Positions 19,389 to 29,075 of a stretch of 64,000 nt of DNA are shown piece by piece. Under the pieces are notes generated by a model that had not been told where the DNA came from, did no database searches, and saw only the letters and a program-made list of their open reading frames with translations. This DNA is from Candidatus Latescibacterota bacterium. Its GTDB lineage: Bacteria > Latescibacterota > UBA2968 > GCA-2709665. A program made the position numbers and the translations under genes. The stretch is from positions 3,424,001 through 3,488,000 of the forward strand of contig CBDCOX010000002.1 of assembly GCA_965219995.1 (NCBI GenBank). The letters are read 5' to 3'. Position 1 is the first letter of the stretch. Each line of letters opens with the position of its first letter.

Positions 19389-19697
19389 CCCCTAAAGGCG
19401 GTGAGACGTAAGACGGTAGACGGTAGATGACATCGTTGCTCGATTGGTTCTTCTATTTTGCCTCCGGCACAAAATGAAATCGTACGGGGCAAGAAAAACG
19501 GTGAGACGTCAGCCGGTAGACGGTAGATGACGTCTTTGCCCGTTTGGTTTTTTTCCCTTATGCCTGCGGCAAAAAGTAAAACCGGACGCGGCGGACGATC
19601 TCTCCCGTCTTACCTCTAACGTCTCCCCGCCTTTAGGGCACTCACGGTATCTCCCGTCTAACGTCTTACGTCTACCCCGAGGGGTGAGGGGCCAGGG
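19389..19697 (+). repeat. Heptamer-armed modular element, copy D (two tandem cores)
   Basis: Outer IR CCCTAAAGGCGGTGAGACGT / ACGTCTCCCCGCCTTTAGGG; cores at 19427 and 19527; extra right arm and G-rich tail. Confidence 0.9.
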
Positions 19698-19715
19698 ATA
19701 GGTCTGCGATTGTCG

Positions 19716-19913
19716 TCAACCTTCGAGTTGCCGCGCGGAGAAGAGCGCCCACGCCCGTTCGCGCGCGGCGGCCTCATTCTTCGGTTCATTCAACTTGTAC
19801 TCGAACCGGAGCCGCCGCTTTCCCGCCATGACCTCAAAGACGTCGACGAGCCAGAAGTCGCCGTCATATCTGGCATTCAGGATAAACTCGCGTTTCTCGT
19901 GTCGAATAATCAT
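19716..19913 (-). CDS. Small hypothetical protein (65 aa)
   Basis: MIIRHEKREFILNARYDGDFWLVDVFEV...; protein-like composition, GGAG upstream. Confidence 0.55.
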   Translation of the reverse strand: MIIRHEKREFILNARYDGDFWLVDVFEVMAGKRRLRFEYKLNEPKNEAAARERAWALFSARQLEG

Positions 19914-19998
19914 AGCCGGCTCCGACTTCGAAGATTCGCGTTCGGCGATATCTCTCAGGCACCGCGGTCCTGCATCGGAAGGGCGCCGCGCCGGGCGG

Positions 19999-20817
19999 CT
20001 ACCAGCGGTCCATGCCAAGCAGCTTTCGCCCGAGCGGCGTCAACCGAGCCGTTTCGCCTTCCAGGTGTTCCTTTTCCTTCCGGTTCTTGCCCAGCCCCGT
20101 AAGGCGTTCACGCCATCCCTCGATGCGGCTCTGTCGATGGGATTCGTCGTCGTCCCTGGCCGGCGTCATCGTGATGTATTGCGCAATGCGCGGCCGTTCG
20201 GCCGAGTTCGGACTGCTCCCATGGGGCAACAGACTGTTCCAGATGACGAGGTCGCCCTCCCGGCCGGCGATCGGCTTCGCCAGATTCCCGAATTCCGCAT
20301 GCATCCGCGTCCTGGGGTCGTCCTCGTCCGACAGCGTCTTAAGCCAGTCCGCAATTCGACGGTGGAAGCCGGGGATGCACGTGAACGCGCCCTGGTTCGC
20401 CGCTGTATCCGACAGATACAGCACCCCCTGTACCATGAAGCGGGAAGGGTCGTCCAGCGAGATATCCCAATGCAGATAGGGTCCCTTGAACGCAAATCCG
20501 GGTCGTTCCGGCGGATTCAGGCTCGTCCTGTCGAAACTCACCCAGAGTTTTTCGGTCCCCCAGATGTCCGCAAACGCGCGGTGGACCCTCGGGTGCTGCC
20601 GGTTGTTCCACAGCGCCTGATTCTGGTACATTTCGACCATGATTCCGGGCCTCGGCGGATCCGGGTACCACGTCTCCGCGTTTTCGGAGTCCATGTCCAG
20701 AAATTCCCACACGGCCTCCTCGGCCGCGCGGCAGTTTGCCTGCGGAACGGCCTCCGGCACCACAACGTATCCGTTCTCCTTCCAGAATTCCAGCGCCCCG
20801 GCGTCGAGAACTGCCAT
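19999..20817 (-). CDS. Phytanoyl-CoA dioxygenase (PhyH) family protein
   Basis: ENGYVVV, LHWD, GDLVIWNSLLPHGSSPN...PR; GGAGG RBS before ATG 20817. Confidence 0.92.
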   Translation of the reverse strand: MAVLDAGALEFWKENGYVVVPEAVPQANCRAAEEAVWEFLDMDSENAETWYPDPPRPGIMVEMYQNQALWNNRQHPRVHRAFADIWGTEKLWVSFDRTSLNPPERPGFAFKGPYLHWDISLDDPSRFMVQGVLYLSDTAANQGAFTCIPGFHRRIADWLKTLSDEDDPRTRMHAEFGNLAKPIAGREGDLVIWNSLLPHGSSPNSAERPRIAQYITMTPARDDDESHRQSRIEGWRERLTGLGKNRKEKEHLEGETARLTPLGRKLLGMDRW

Positions 20818-21165
20818 GTCAACCTCCCTCATCGGATCGGAACGGAATGAAGAATACCACTCGATTTTCAGGTGATAACGCGCGTTCCCGAATATGCTGC
20901 TGGAACGAAACCTGTCAAGTCCTTTCGATTTGCCGTCGGGACTCAGGATGACAATGCGGACGACGATCGGACCGGTGGTCTCCGTAAACTCTTTTTTGTG
21001 TGGATAATATGTCGATCTTGTATATATTTCCTTGTTGGCCCGGGCAGGCCCGTCCAACAGGGTACCGATGCCTCCGAAACGGTTCGAGACACGGGTCCGA
21101 ACCACATTGCCCGCAACGTCGGAAGAGGAGTTGCTGAAGCTGTATTTGTTCCTGGGATTCCATTC

Positions 21166-21603
21166 ATGACGGTCCGGAAAGTCAAATTCATCTCGGGTTT
21201 CGCGGTCATCGTCGCCGGCCTGATTCTCCTGGTCGTTACCAGTTCTCAGAAGATGGCGATGTATTACCTTACTGTTTCCGAGTTGGATGCCCGTGAGACC
21301 GAATTCGCGAATCAGCGCATCAAGCTCGCGGGCAAGGTCACGCCCGGCACCATCCGGAAGCGTCCGGGCCGCATTGTCGAGTTTCAAATCTGGGAACCCC
21401 TGGGCGGAGACGTTTTCTCCGCCAAACGATCGGTGGTATACGCGGGCATCGTGCCGGACACGTTCCGCGACGAAGCCGAAGTGGTCCTGGAAGGCGAAGT
21501 TGGCGCGAACGGCCTCTTTCGCGCCCATACCCTGCTGGCCAAATGCCCCTCTAAATACGAGGGTCAATCATACGAAGACATAAAGAAATCCTATAGCAGG
21601 TAA
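21166..21603 (+). CDS. ccmE: Heme chaperone CcmE, Cys variant
   Basis: N-terminal TM, YYLTVSE, YAGIVPDTFR, LLAKCPSKYE. Confidence 0.92.
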   Translation: MTVRKVKFISGFAVIVAGLILLVVTSSQKMAMYYLTVSELDARETEFANQRIKLAGKVTPGTIRKRPGRIVEFQIWEPLGGDVFSAKRSVVYAGIVPDTFRDEAEVVLEGEVGANGLFRAHTLLAKCPSKYEGQSYEDIKKSYSR

Positions 21604-21708
21604 CGTCCATCCAGTGTTCTGACCCGCTGAAAGATCCTCGAATGGCAGCACATCTCCTCAACAGGAAACCGGGAAAGCCCGGTCATCCGATGAACCGCGG
21701 CTCTAGCA

Positions 21709-23691
21709 ATGGCTGAAATCGGCAATTTTCTCATCTGGTTCTCGGTGGTCACCTCCCTTTACGCGGCGGTGTCCGGTGTTCTGGCCGGTCGGACCGGCAG
21801 GCTGAATCTCACGCTCAGCACGGAACGCGCGGTCGCCGCCACTTTCGTTATGGTTCTGGGGGCCTTCGGCCTGCTCGAGTACTTTTTCCTCAACGACCGT
21901 TTCGACCTCCACTACGTGGCCGGCCATTCCAGCCGCGACCTGCCGACTCCCTATAAATTCACCGCCGTATGGTCGGGCATGGAGGGCTCGCTCCTCCTCT
22001 GGGCCTTCATTCTGGCCGGTTTCAATTTCTTCGCCACTCGAAATACCCGGAGGTTCCGCGGGCCGCTGGCCTCCTACGCGACCGTTGTGATGTCGCTCAC
22101 CCAGGTCTTCTTCCTGGTGCTGATCGGATATTGGGAGAATCCCTTCCGCGAACTCGGCTTCAAGGCCCCGGACGGGCAGGGCATGAATCCGCTGCTGGTC
22201 CATCCGGCCATGGCCATTCACCCTCCCATGCTGTATCTCGGCTACGTGGGATTCATCGTACCGTATGCGTTTGCAATGGCCGCGCTCCTGAGCCGGCAGG
22301 TGGACGAAGAGTGGATCCGCACCACCCGCCGCTGGACCATCTGGCCGTGGTTCTTCCTTGGCACAGGGCAACTGTTGGGCGGCAACTGGGCCTACGTGGT
22401 CCTCGGATGGGGCGGGTACTGGGGTTGGGACCCGGTTGAGAACGCCGCACTGCTTCCCTGGCTCACGGGCACCGCGTTCCTGCATTCGGTCATGATCCAG
22501 GAAAAGAAGGGGATGCTCAAAGTCTGGAACATGGCGCTCATCATCCTCACCTTTACGCTGTGCATCTATGGCACCTTCCTGACTCGAAGCGGCCTGGTTT
22601 CCTCCGTGCATGCGTTCGCCCAGTCGCCGATCGGCAGCGTGTTCCTCTATTTCCTTGCAGTCATCGTGGTCTTTTCCGCCGGCCTCCTGTGGCGGCGGCG
22701 GCCATTGCTCACGAGCAGGAACGAGTACGAATCTCCCGTCTCCCGGGAAGGGGGCTTCCTGCTCAACAATCTCCTGTTTCTTACGGCCACCTTTGCAGTG
22801 TTCTGGGGCGTTATGTTCCCGGTGCTTTCGGAAGCCGTCACCGGGACGAAGGTCACCGTGGGCCCGCCTTTTTTCAGCACCGTAATGACCCCCATAGGCC
22901 TTCTTCTTCTTCTTCTGACGGGCGTGGGCCCGCTGCTGGCCTGGCGCAAGACGTCGGCGCGCAGCCTGAAAAAGCACTTCGCGGGACCGGGCATCTTCGG
23001 TCTCCTCGGCGGGGCTGCAGCATTCGCCCTCGGGGCGCGCGAACCGTACGCGTTGATCTCCTTTACGCTGTGCGGATTCGTGACGGGCGCCATCGCCAGC
23101 GAGTTTCACAGAGGCGCGAAGGCGCGGGGAAGCAGTTCAAACGAGCCGTATTTCAGGGCGCTCTGGTCTCTCACCGTGCGAAACCGCCGGCGTTACGGCG
23201 GTTATATCGTCCACTTCGGCGTTGTGCTCCTCTTCTTCGGGTTCACCGGCAATGCCTTCAACCGGGAAATCGAGGCGGGGCTGAAGCACGGCGAGTCCGC
23301 GACCATCGGCACATACCGTCTCGTCTACGAAGGCAGTTCCCAGAGCCGGAATCCGCTCACCATCGTGATCCAGACCCAGCTTGGCGTGTACCAGGGCGAC
23401 CGGCGTCTGGGGACGATGTGGCCGGAGCAGCACGTTTACTACAAACGAAAGGACCAGCAGCGAACAACGGAGGTCGCCGTCCGTTCCAGCCTGCGTGAAG
23501 ACCTGTACGTCTTATATGAGGGGCGGGATCCGGACGGCGCCGCCCTTTTCAGAATCTACGTCAACCCCCTCGTAATGTGGGTCTGGATCGGCGCGTGGGT
23601 TCTCACCCTGGGGACGGTAATCGCCATCCTGCCCGACCGGCGTGAGCGCCTCAGACGCGGACGAAGGGTTGGACTTCCCGCCGCTTCCTGA
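21709..23691 (+). CDS. ccmF: Cytochrome c heme lyase CcmF
   Basis: W..MEGSLLLW, HPPMLY, WGGYWGWDPVENA, TRSG..SVHAF. Confidence 0.96.
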   Translation: MAEIGNFLIWFSVVTSLYAAVSGVLAGRTGRLNLTLSTERAVAATFVMVLGAFGLLEYFFLNDRFDLHYVAGHSSRDLPTPYKFTAVWSGMEGSLLLWAFILAGFNFFATRNTRRFRGPLASYATVVMSLTQVFFLVLIGYWENPFRELGFKAPDGQGMNPLLVHPAMAIHPPMLYLGYVGFIVPYAFAMAALLSRQVDEEWIRTTRRWTIWPWFFLGTGQLLGGNWAYVVLGWGGYWGWDPVENAALLPWLTGTAFLHSVMIQEKKGMLKVWNMALIILTFTLCIYGTFLTRSGLVSSVHAFAQSPIGSVFLYFLAVIVVFSAGLLWRRRPLLTSRNEYESPVSREGGFLLNNLLFLTATFAVFWGVMFPVLSEAVTGTKVTVGPPFFSTVMTPIGLLLLLLTGVGPLLAWRKTSARSLKKHFAGPGIFGLLGGAAAFALGAREPYALISFTLCGFVTGAIASEFHRGAKARGSSSNEPYFRALWSLTVRNRRRYGGYIVHFGVVLLFFGFTGNAFNREIEAGLKHGESATIGTYRLVYEGSSQSRNPLTIVIQTQLGVYQGDRRLGTMWPEQHVYYKRKDQQRTTEVAVRSSLREDLYVLYEGRDPDGAALFRIYVNPLVMWVWIGAWVLTLGTVIAILPDRRERLRRGRRVGLPAAS

Positions 23692-23753
23692 AAGGTTACG
23701 GTCTGAAAGGCAAAAGACGGACAACCGAGTTTGGAATTCGGAGGAAAACCCGC

Positions 23754-24248
23754 GTGGTGTTTCCCATGTCTTCCGGTTTTTCGATGAGGATGATCTTCCC
23801 GGCACTTCTGCTGCTCTCGGTTGCAGGTTCCGTATCCGCCGAGGTGACGCAGAAACAGGTGAGAGCCGTGGCAAGAGGCCTCGCCTGTCTTTGCGGCGAC
23901 TGCCCTCGCCGTCCACTGGACGAATGCTCCTGCGGCTGGGCGGATCGAAACAGAGCACGAATTGCCGAAGCGCTGGAAGCCGGGCAGGACAAAGAGGCCA
24001 TCGTTGCCGGCTTTGTGGCGGAATTCGGCCAGGAAGTTTTCGTCACGCCCCCGGCCGAGGGCTTCAATCTCTCTGCCTGGATCATGCCCATTGTGGCGCT
24101 GCTGCTCGGCGCTGTCGTGTTGGGGGCCGTGCTGCGCAACTGGTCGCGGCATCGTGCAGCTCCCGCGGAAGGACGGACCCCGGAAATCGAGGCCGACGAT
24201 ATATACAGATCGAGGCTGGAGCAGGAACTCCGGGAGCGGGAACTGTGA
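23754..24248 (+). CDS. ccmH: CcmH-like protein with expanded Cys motif
   Basis: Signal peptide, LACLCGDC...ECSC, FG..V..TPP..GFN..AW..P, C-terminal TM. Confidence 0.8.
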   Translation: MVFPMSSGFSMRMIFPALLLLSVAGSVSAEVTQKQVRAVARGLACLCGDCPRRPLDECSCGWADRNRARIAEALEAGQDKEAIVAGFVAEFGQEVFVTPPAEGFNLSAWIMPIVALLLGAVVLGAVLRNWSRHRAAPAEGRTPEIEADDIYRSRLEQELREREL

Positions 24249-24673
24249 GCATCGGGGCCTGCATTGTCATTGTCACGTCCGTCTTCATCTTTGTGTTCCG
24301 CCCGTTCATGACCGCGCGTGGTCGGGTCGGACAGACGGATGCGGGATCCGGTCGCGGAAACCGGCTCGTTGAAGACAGAGAGGCCCTGTATGATGCCATC
24401 CGCGAACTGGACTTCGACCATCGCATGGGAAAGGTGGAAGAAGACGACTATCGCGCGACCCGTTCACGCTATGAGAGCCGGGCGGTTGAACTGATAAAGG
24501 CTATCGAAGAAACCGCCGCGCCAGCGCAGGGAATCGAGGACCGCATCGAACGGGAAATCGCCGCCCTCAGACAAAAGGACACCACCACGTGCGCCGGGTG
24601 CGGAAGCACGACGCCCGCGGGCGCCCGCTTTTGTCCGCAATGCGGCAAAGCCCTCGCGGAATCTCGTCTATGA
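24245..24673 (+). CDS. CcmI-like membrane protein with C-terminal zinc ribbon
   Basis: GTG overlapping the ccmH stop; TM; IRELDFDHRMGKVEEDDY; CAGCG..FCPQCG. Confidence 0.8.
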   Translation: MSIGACIVIVTSVFIFVFRPFMTARGRVGQTDAGSGRGNRLVEDREALYDAIRELDFDHRMGKVEEDDYRATRSRYESRAVELIKAIEETAAPAQGIEDRIEREIAALRQKDTTTCAGCGSTTPAGARFCPQCGKALAESRL

Positions 24674-25764
24674 ACAGACGATTCTACTGTCTCGTCCTTC
24701 TGCTGGCCGGGTTCTCTGACGCATCCTCCGCCGCAGGCCTGGTCGATGGTCACGTCACCAATGAGACGCTCTCCGCGCCCCAGCGGGGATGCGTGGTCTC
24801 GCTGATCCGCCAGACCGCCGAACCCGAAATCGTCCTTCAGGACACCACCGATGAAAAGGGGCGATTCTCATTCAGGGACGCAGGCGGCGATGACGCGCTG
24901 TGGTTTCTTTCTGCGGCTTATGCGGGCGTCAATTACGTCCAGCGGCTCGAGGACGGCCCCAACGAAATCGCCGTCTACGAAACCACAGATTCTGACACGG
25001 CCGTCTCCGTTGTCTCCCACCATATCATCGTGGACGCGGCCGAAAAGCGGGTCGAGCAGATCCTGATCGTGCAGAATGCGGGCGACCGCACGTTCAGGAC
25101 CGGCGAGGGGCATGGGCACGGACTGGAGGTCTTCCTGCCCGAAGGCGTAACCGAAGTGAGGGAAGGGCCGCAGGGTCTTCACACGCACGGCGACACACTC
25201 GTAAATCCGGACCCTGTTCGACCGGGTCACAGCCAGCTTCTGTTTGCCTTTGACATGCCCGCTTCCGGGCGCCTGTCGCAAACGGTGAGCTATCCCACCG
25301 GTACCGTGGACGTCTTCGTGACGCCACCCGAAGCGGACGTCAGTACAGGCGCGCTTCAGGATAGAGGCGAGGCCGCGTTCGAGCAACACAGCTTTCGAAG
25401 GTTCTCCGGCGCCGGCTTCAACAGGGGCGACCGGATCGATCTGGAAGTCAACGCCTCGCCATGGTCCCTTTCGTCCTTCATGGGGGATATCGACCTCGAA
25501 TGGGTGCTGCTCGGTCTGGCGTTTGCCTTTGCGCTGCTCGCCGTCTTCGTTCGACCGTCCAGGAAGCACGGGCCTCCCGAGTCAACGCAAACCAGGGGCG
25601 TGCCGGACCTCCTCGCGCGAAGAAATGCCCTGGTTCACCAGATCGCGGACATGGACGACAGATACGAAATGGGCCGACTATCGGAAGAAGACTATCGCGT
25701 ACGGCGAGATGCCTTTAAGGCGGAGCTTGTCGAAATGACCCGCGTCCTGGAAGGGAAGGCGTAG
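24670..25764 (+). CDS. Exported membrane-anchored hypothetical protein in the ccm operon
   Basis: Signal peptide, TTDEKGRFSF beta-sandwich motif, His-rich loops, TM, CcmI-like C-terminal helices. Confidence 0.8.
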   Translation: MNRRFYCLVLLLAGFSDASSAAGLVDGHVTNETLSAPQRGCVVSLIRQTAEPEIVLQDTTDEKGRFSFRDAGGDDALWFLSAAYAGVNYVQRLEDGPNEIAVYETTDSDTAVSVVSHHIIVDAAEKRVEQILIVQNAGDRTFRTGEGHGHGLEVFLPEGVTEVREGPQGLHTHGDTLVNPDPVRPGHSQLLFAFDMPASGRLSQTVSYPTGTVDVFVTPPEADVSTGALQDRGEAAFEQHSFRRFSGAGFNRGDRIDLEVNASPWSLSSFMGDIDLEWVLLGLAFAFALLAVFVRPSRKHGPPESTQTRGVPDLLARRNALVHQIADMDDRYEMGRLSEEDYRVRRDAFKAELVEMTRVLEGKA

Positions 25765-25769
25765 GCGTT

Positions 25770-26510
25770 GTGGCCCCGTCCGCTCCGGCCATCGTTCTCG
25801 AAACCGTGGAAAAACGGTTCGGCCGCCGAACCGCCCTGGACGGCATCGACCTCAATCTTCCAGGCGGCGCCCTTGCGCTTCTGGGCCCGAACGGAGCGGG
25901 TAAGACGACTCTGCTTCGGGTTGTCGCGACCCTTTCCAGGCCTACGCGCGGGCGGGTCTTCATCCGGGGCAGAGACGCCCGCAAGGAACCGGAACGCGTG
26001 CGGGCCGACGTCGGCCTGATTTCCCACCAGACTTTTCTCTACGAGGATCTGACCGCTCGCGAAAACCTGCGCTTCTACGGCCGTCTGTACGGCCTGCGCG
26101 GCCTCAAGGAACGGGTGCGGACGGCGCTGGAGGACGTTGGCCTTTCCGGCAGGGAGGACGACCGGGTCCGCGGGTTCTCCAGGGGGATGAAACAGCGCCT
26201 CGCCATTGCCCGGGCAACGCTCCACCATCCCGCGATTCTTCTTCTCGACGAGCCGTTCGCGGGCCTGGATACCTCCGCGTGCGCCATGTTGAGCGACCGG
26301 CTGCAACACCATCGCCGGGAGGGGCGAACGGTCATCCTGGTGACCCATGATCTGCATCGGGGTCTTGATCTCACGGATCGTTTCGCAATCCTGAACCGGG
26401 GCCGGTTCGTGGCGAAGGGAGAAACCCGGGGACTTTCCCCCGAGGCGATGGAACGTCGTTATGAAGGCGCTATAAACCAGCATCCTTCCGCAATCGGGAC
26501 GTCAGGATAG
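25770..26510 (+). CDS. ccmA: Heme ABC exporter ATPase
   Basis: GPNGAGKT, FSRGMKQR, LLLDEP; operon context. Confidence 0.88.
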   Translation: MAPSAPAIVLETVEKRFGRRTALDGIDLNLPGGALALLGPNGAGKTTLLRVVATLSRPTRGRVFIRGRDARKEPERVRADVGLISHQTFLYEDLTARENLRFYGRLYGLRGLKERVRTALEDVGLSGREDDRVRGFSRGMKQRLAIARATLHHPAILLLDEPFAGLDTSACAMLSDRLQHHRREGRTVILVTHDLHRGLDLTDRFAILNRGRFVAKGETRGLSPEAMERRYEGAINQHPSAIGTSG

Positions 26511-27251
26511 GTGCGGACCGCCACACCGCCCACGTCTGAAGTCCGGTGCAACGCGGGAACGGGGGTATCCCTGGCTCTCTTCTTCCGTCAGGTTTCCGCT
26601 GTTTTCTGGAAAGATCTCAAGACCGAGTTTCGCACCAGAGAGCGACTCAGCGCCATGTGTTTCTTTGCGTTTCTGGTGCTTCTTGTCTTTAATTTCGTGT
26701 TCACACCCGATTCCGAAACCATCAGAAACGCGGCGCCAGGCATCTTCTGGGTCGCTGTAACGTTTTCCGGATTCATGGTGCTGACGCGTTCCTTTATTTC
26801 GGAACGCGAAAACGACTGCCTGACGGGCCTTCTGCTTTCTCCGGCCGATCCAGGGGCGATCTACCTTGGCAAGATGCTTTCGAACCTCTGCGCCATGCTT
26901 TTGCTCGAGGCCCTGGCTCTTCCGCTTATGGCTGTCTTTCTGAATATCGACGTATGGCAGCACCTGCCGCGCCTGCTTCCAGGTCTCCTTCTGGGAACCC
27001 TCGGATTCGCCGCGGTGGGCACCCTCTTCGCAGCGATGTCCCTCAAGACCCGGCTCCAGGAGGCCCTGCTGCCAATGCTTACCCTTCCCGTTCTGGTTCC
27101 GGCCCTCCTGGCGGCCGTTGAATCTTTCCGGCGGGTGCTGGCGGGTGACTCCCTCTCCGAAATCTCCGGCTGGACCAACATCGGCGCCGCTTTCGCGTTG
27201 CTGTTCGTGGCGGCCTGCGTGCTTTTGTTCGACTATGTCGTCGAGGAGTGA
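26511..27251 (+). CDS. ccmB: Heme exporter permease
   Basis: KDLKTEFRTRE, APGIFWV, LLPMLTLP.LVP; multiple TM; start uncertain. Confidence 0.9.
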   Translation: MRTATPPTSEVRCNAGTGVSLALFFRQVSAVFWKDLKTEFRTRERLSAMCFFAFLVLLVFNFVFTPDSETIRNAAPGIFWVAVTFSGFMVLTRSFISERENDCLTGLLLSPADPGAIYLGKMLSNLCAMLLLEALALPLMAVFLNIDVWQHLPRLLPGLLLGTLGFAAVGTLFAAMSLKTRLQEALLPMLTLPVLVPALLAAVESFRRVLAGDSLSEISGWTNIGAAFALLFVAACVLLFDYVVEE

Positions 27252-27252
27252 T

Positions 27253-27951
27253 ATGGGGAAGCGACTTTACCTCTGGTCCCGTATCCTGGGCGCGCTGGCG
27301 CTGACCGGTATGTTGATTGCGCCCTGGCTCGCCCTCGTGTACGCGAGTATGGAGAGGCAGATGGGCCTCGCCCAGAAGATCTTCTACTTTCACGTGCCGT
27401 CGGCTTTCGCAATGTACACCGCCTTCTTTCTCGTCTTCGTGTTCAGCATCCTGTACCTCGTTCGCAAGGAAAAGCGGTGGGACATCTGCGCAGCCTGCTC
27501 CGCGGAAGTCGGCCTTCTCTTCTGCACGCTCGTGTTACTCACCGGCCCCATCTGGGCGAAGCCCGTCTGGGGCGCCTGGTGGGTGTGGGACGCACAGTTG
27601 ACCCTTACCCTGGTCCTCTGGCTGATATTCGTCGCCTACATGATGTTGAAGAGCTACAGCGAAGATCCGCTTCAGAGTGCCCGATTCCGGGCGGTTCTGG
27701 GGATCATCGGCTTTCTCGATGCTCCGCTGATTCATTACTCCACGCGGCTGTGGCGCACCCAGCATCCCGAGGTTGTAAGGGCGGATGAAGTCGGCCTCCC
27801 GCCCGACATGCTGGCGGCGTTCGTCTTCTGCTGTGCCGTATTCATCGTGCTAGCCGCAGCCATTCTGACCAGACGCGTCTCGCTCGAACTTGCCAGGGAC
27901 GAGCTCGAGTCGCTCAAGGTCCGATTCCGCGTGTTGGAAACGCAGGTGTAG
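27253..27951 (+). CDS. ccmC: Heme exporter / cytochrome c assembly protein
   Basis: KIFYFHVP, TGPIWAKPVWGAWWVWD, WRTQHP. Confidence 0.93.
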   Translation: MGKRLYLWSRILGALALTGMLIAPWLALVYASMERQMGLAQKIFYFHVPSAFAMYTAFFLVFVFSILYLVRKEKRWDICAACSAEVGLLFCTLVLLTGPIWAKPVWGAWWVWDAQLTLTLVLWLIFVAYMMLKSYSEDPLQSARFRAVLGIIGFLDAPLIHYSTRLWRTQHPEVVRADEVGLPPDMLAAFVFCCAVFIVLAAAILTRRVSLELARDELESLKVRFRVLETQV

Positions 27952-27993
27952 CGGACCCCGGGCTGACCTGCCGCGTTTTATCGGAGGACTTCA

Positions 27994-28164
27994 ATGCAAC
28001 ACCTCGGTTACATGGCCGCCGCATACGCCATCCTATGGGCGGCGATTCTTATCTATTTCCTGGGCCTCGGCCGCCGCGAACGCGAGATATGGCGCGAAAT
28101 CCAGGAACTGCGCGAATCCATCGGCAGACGGGACGCCGGGGTCGATTCGGGCGAACACCAATAG
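27994..28164 (+). CDS. ccmD: CcmD family small protein (56 aa, absent from the ORF track)
   Basis: GGAGG RBS; MQHLGYMAAAYAILWAAILIYFLGLGRREREIWREIQELR...; single TM plus charged tail directly after ccmC. Confidence 0.85.
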   Translation: MQHLGYMAAAYAILWAAILIYFLGLGRREREIWREIQELRESIGRRDAGVDSGEHQ

Positions 28165-28210
28165 ACGGCAGGTCGGTCCGAAGCCCTTCCGGCGCCGTCA
28201 TAGGAACCCT

Positions 28211-28987
28211 ATGGCCGTAAAGAACGCCCGCAAGGTCCTCGCGCTTATCAGGAACCGAAAGGCGCGGGAACGCGAACGTCAGTTCGTGATCGAAGGCGTC
28301 CGCCTTGTCGATGAAGCACTAATGTCGGACGCGCCGGTCGAGCAGCTCATCTTCGACCGGGACGCCCTGGAGGCCGACCCGCGCCTGCAGCAGTTTCACC
28401 GCGAGGCGGAAAGCCGGAAGTTGACCGTCCAGCAGACAGACCGCCGCGCGATCAGAAATATGGGCGAACATCAGAATCCCGAAGGCGTGCTGGGCGTGGT
28501 TCGATTTCAGGAGCGAAACAGGGGTCGCCTGCTCGACGCGAGCGGTCCTCTCCTTCTCTTCGACCGGCTGCGAGACCCCAACAACCTCGGTCTGGTTCTC
28601 CGCACGGCCGAGGCCGCGGGCGTTGCCGCCGTCTTCCTTTCGCCCGGTTCCGTGGAACTCTATAATTCCAAAGTGGTGCGCGCTTCCCGCGGGTCCATTT
28701 TTCGCCTTCCCGTCTTTCGAAACGAAGACCTCCGCAAGCTGATCGGGGACCTGCGGCAGCGCGGCGTCCGCGTTATCTCCACCGAGCTTGGCGGTACGCC
28801 ATTCTACGACACCAGACCGAGCGGCCGTATCGCCTTTCTGTTCGGCAACGAGACGTCCGGCGTCGACCCGGACCTCCAGGGCCGCGTTCACGAGACCGTC
28901 TCCATACCCACGGCTGAGGGTGTGAATTCCCTCAACGTGGCCGTCGCCGCGGGCATTCTGCTGTTCAGGCACCGCGAGCCCACCTGA
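28211..28987 (+). CDS. TrmH/SpoU family RNA methyltransferase
   Basis: FVIEGVRLV, DPNNLG..LRTA, FGNE..G, SLNVAVAAGILL. Confidence 0.93.
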   Translation: MAVKNARKVLALIRNRKARERERQFVIEGVRLVDEALMSDAPVEQLIFDRDALEADPRLQQFHREAESRKLTVQQTDRRAIRNMGEHQNPEGVLGVVRFQERNRGRLLDASGPLLLFDRLRDPNNLGLVLRTAEAAGVAAVFLSPGSVELYNSKVVRASRGSIFRLPVFRNEDLRKLIGDLRQRGVRVISTELGGTPFYDTRPSGRIAFLFGNETSGVDPDLQGRVHETVSIPTAEGVNSLNVAVAAGILLFRHREPT

Positions 28988-28990
28988 CAC

Positions 28991-29027
28991 AAGAAGCGCC
29001 CGGCGGATGTTCCACCGGGCGCTTCTT
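28991..29027. terminator. Hairpin between convergent genes
   Basis: AAGAAGCGCCCGG...CCGGGCGCTTCTT. Confidence 0.7.
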
Positions 29028-29075
29028 CCGCGTCATCCATCCTCACCAGGAAGAGGGACGACCGGGGGCGACTCA

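Noticed and set aside
20999-21007. Perfect DnaA box (TGTGGATAA) upstream of ccmE
   Set aside because: A single box with no cluster or dnaA-type context; not evidence for an origin.
20818-21567. N-terminal extension of the 522-aa ORF 19999-21567
   Set aside because: It overlaps ccmE antisense; PhyH similarity and a GGAGG RBS place the start at 20817.
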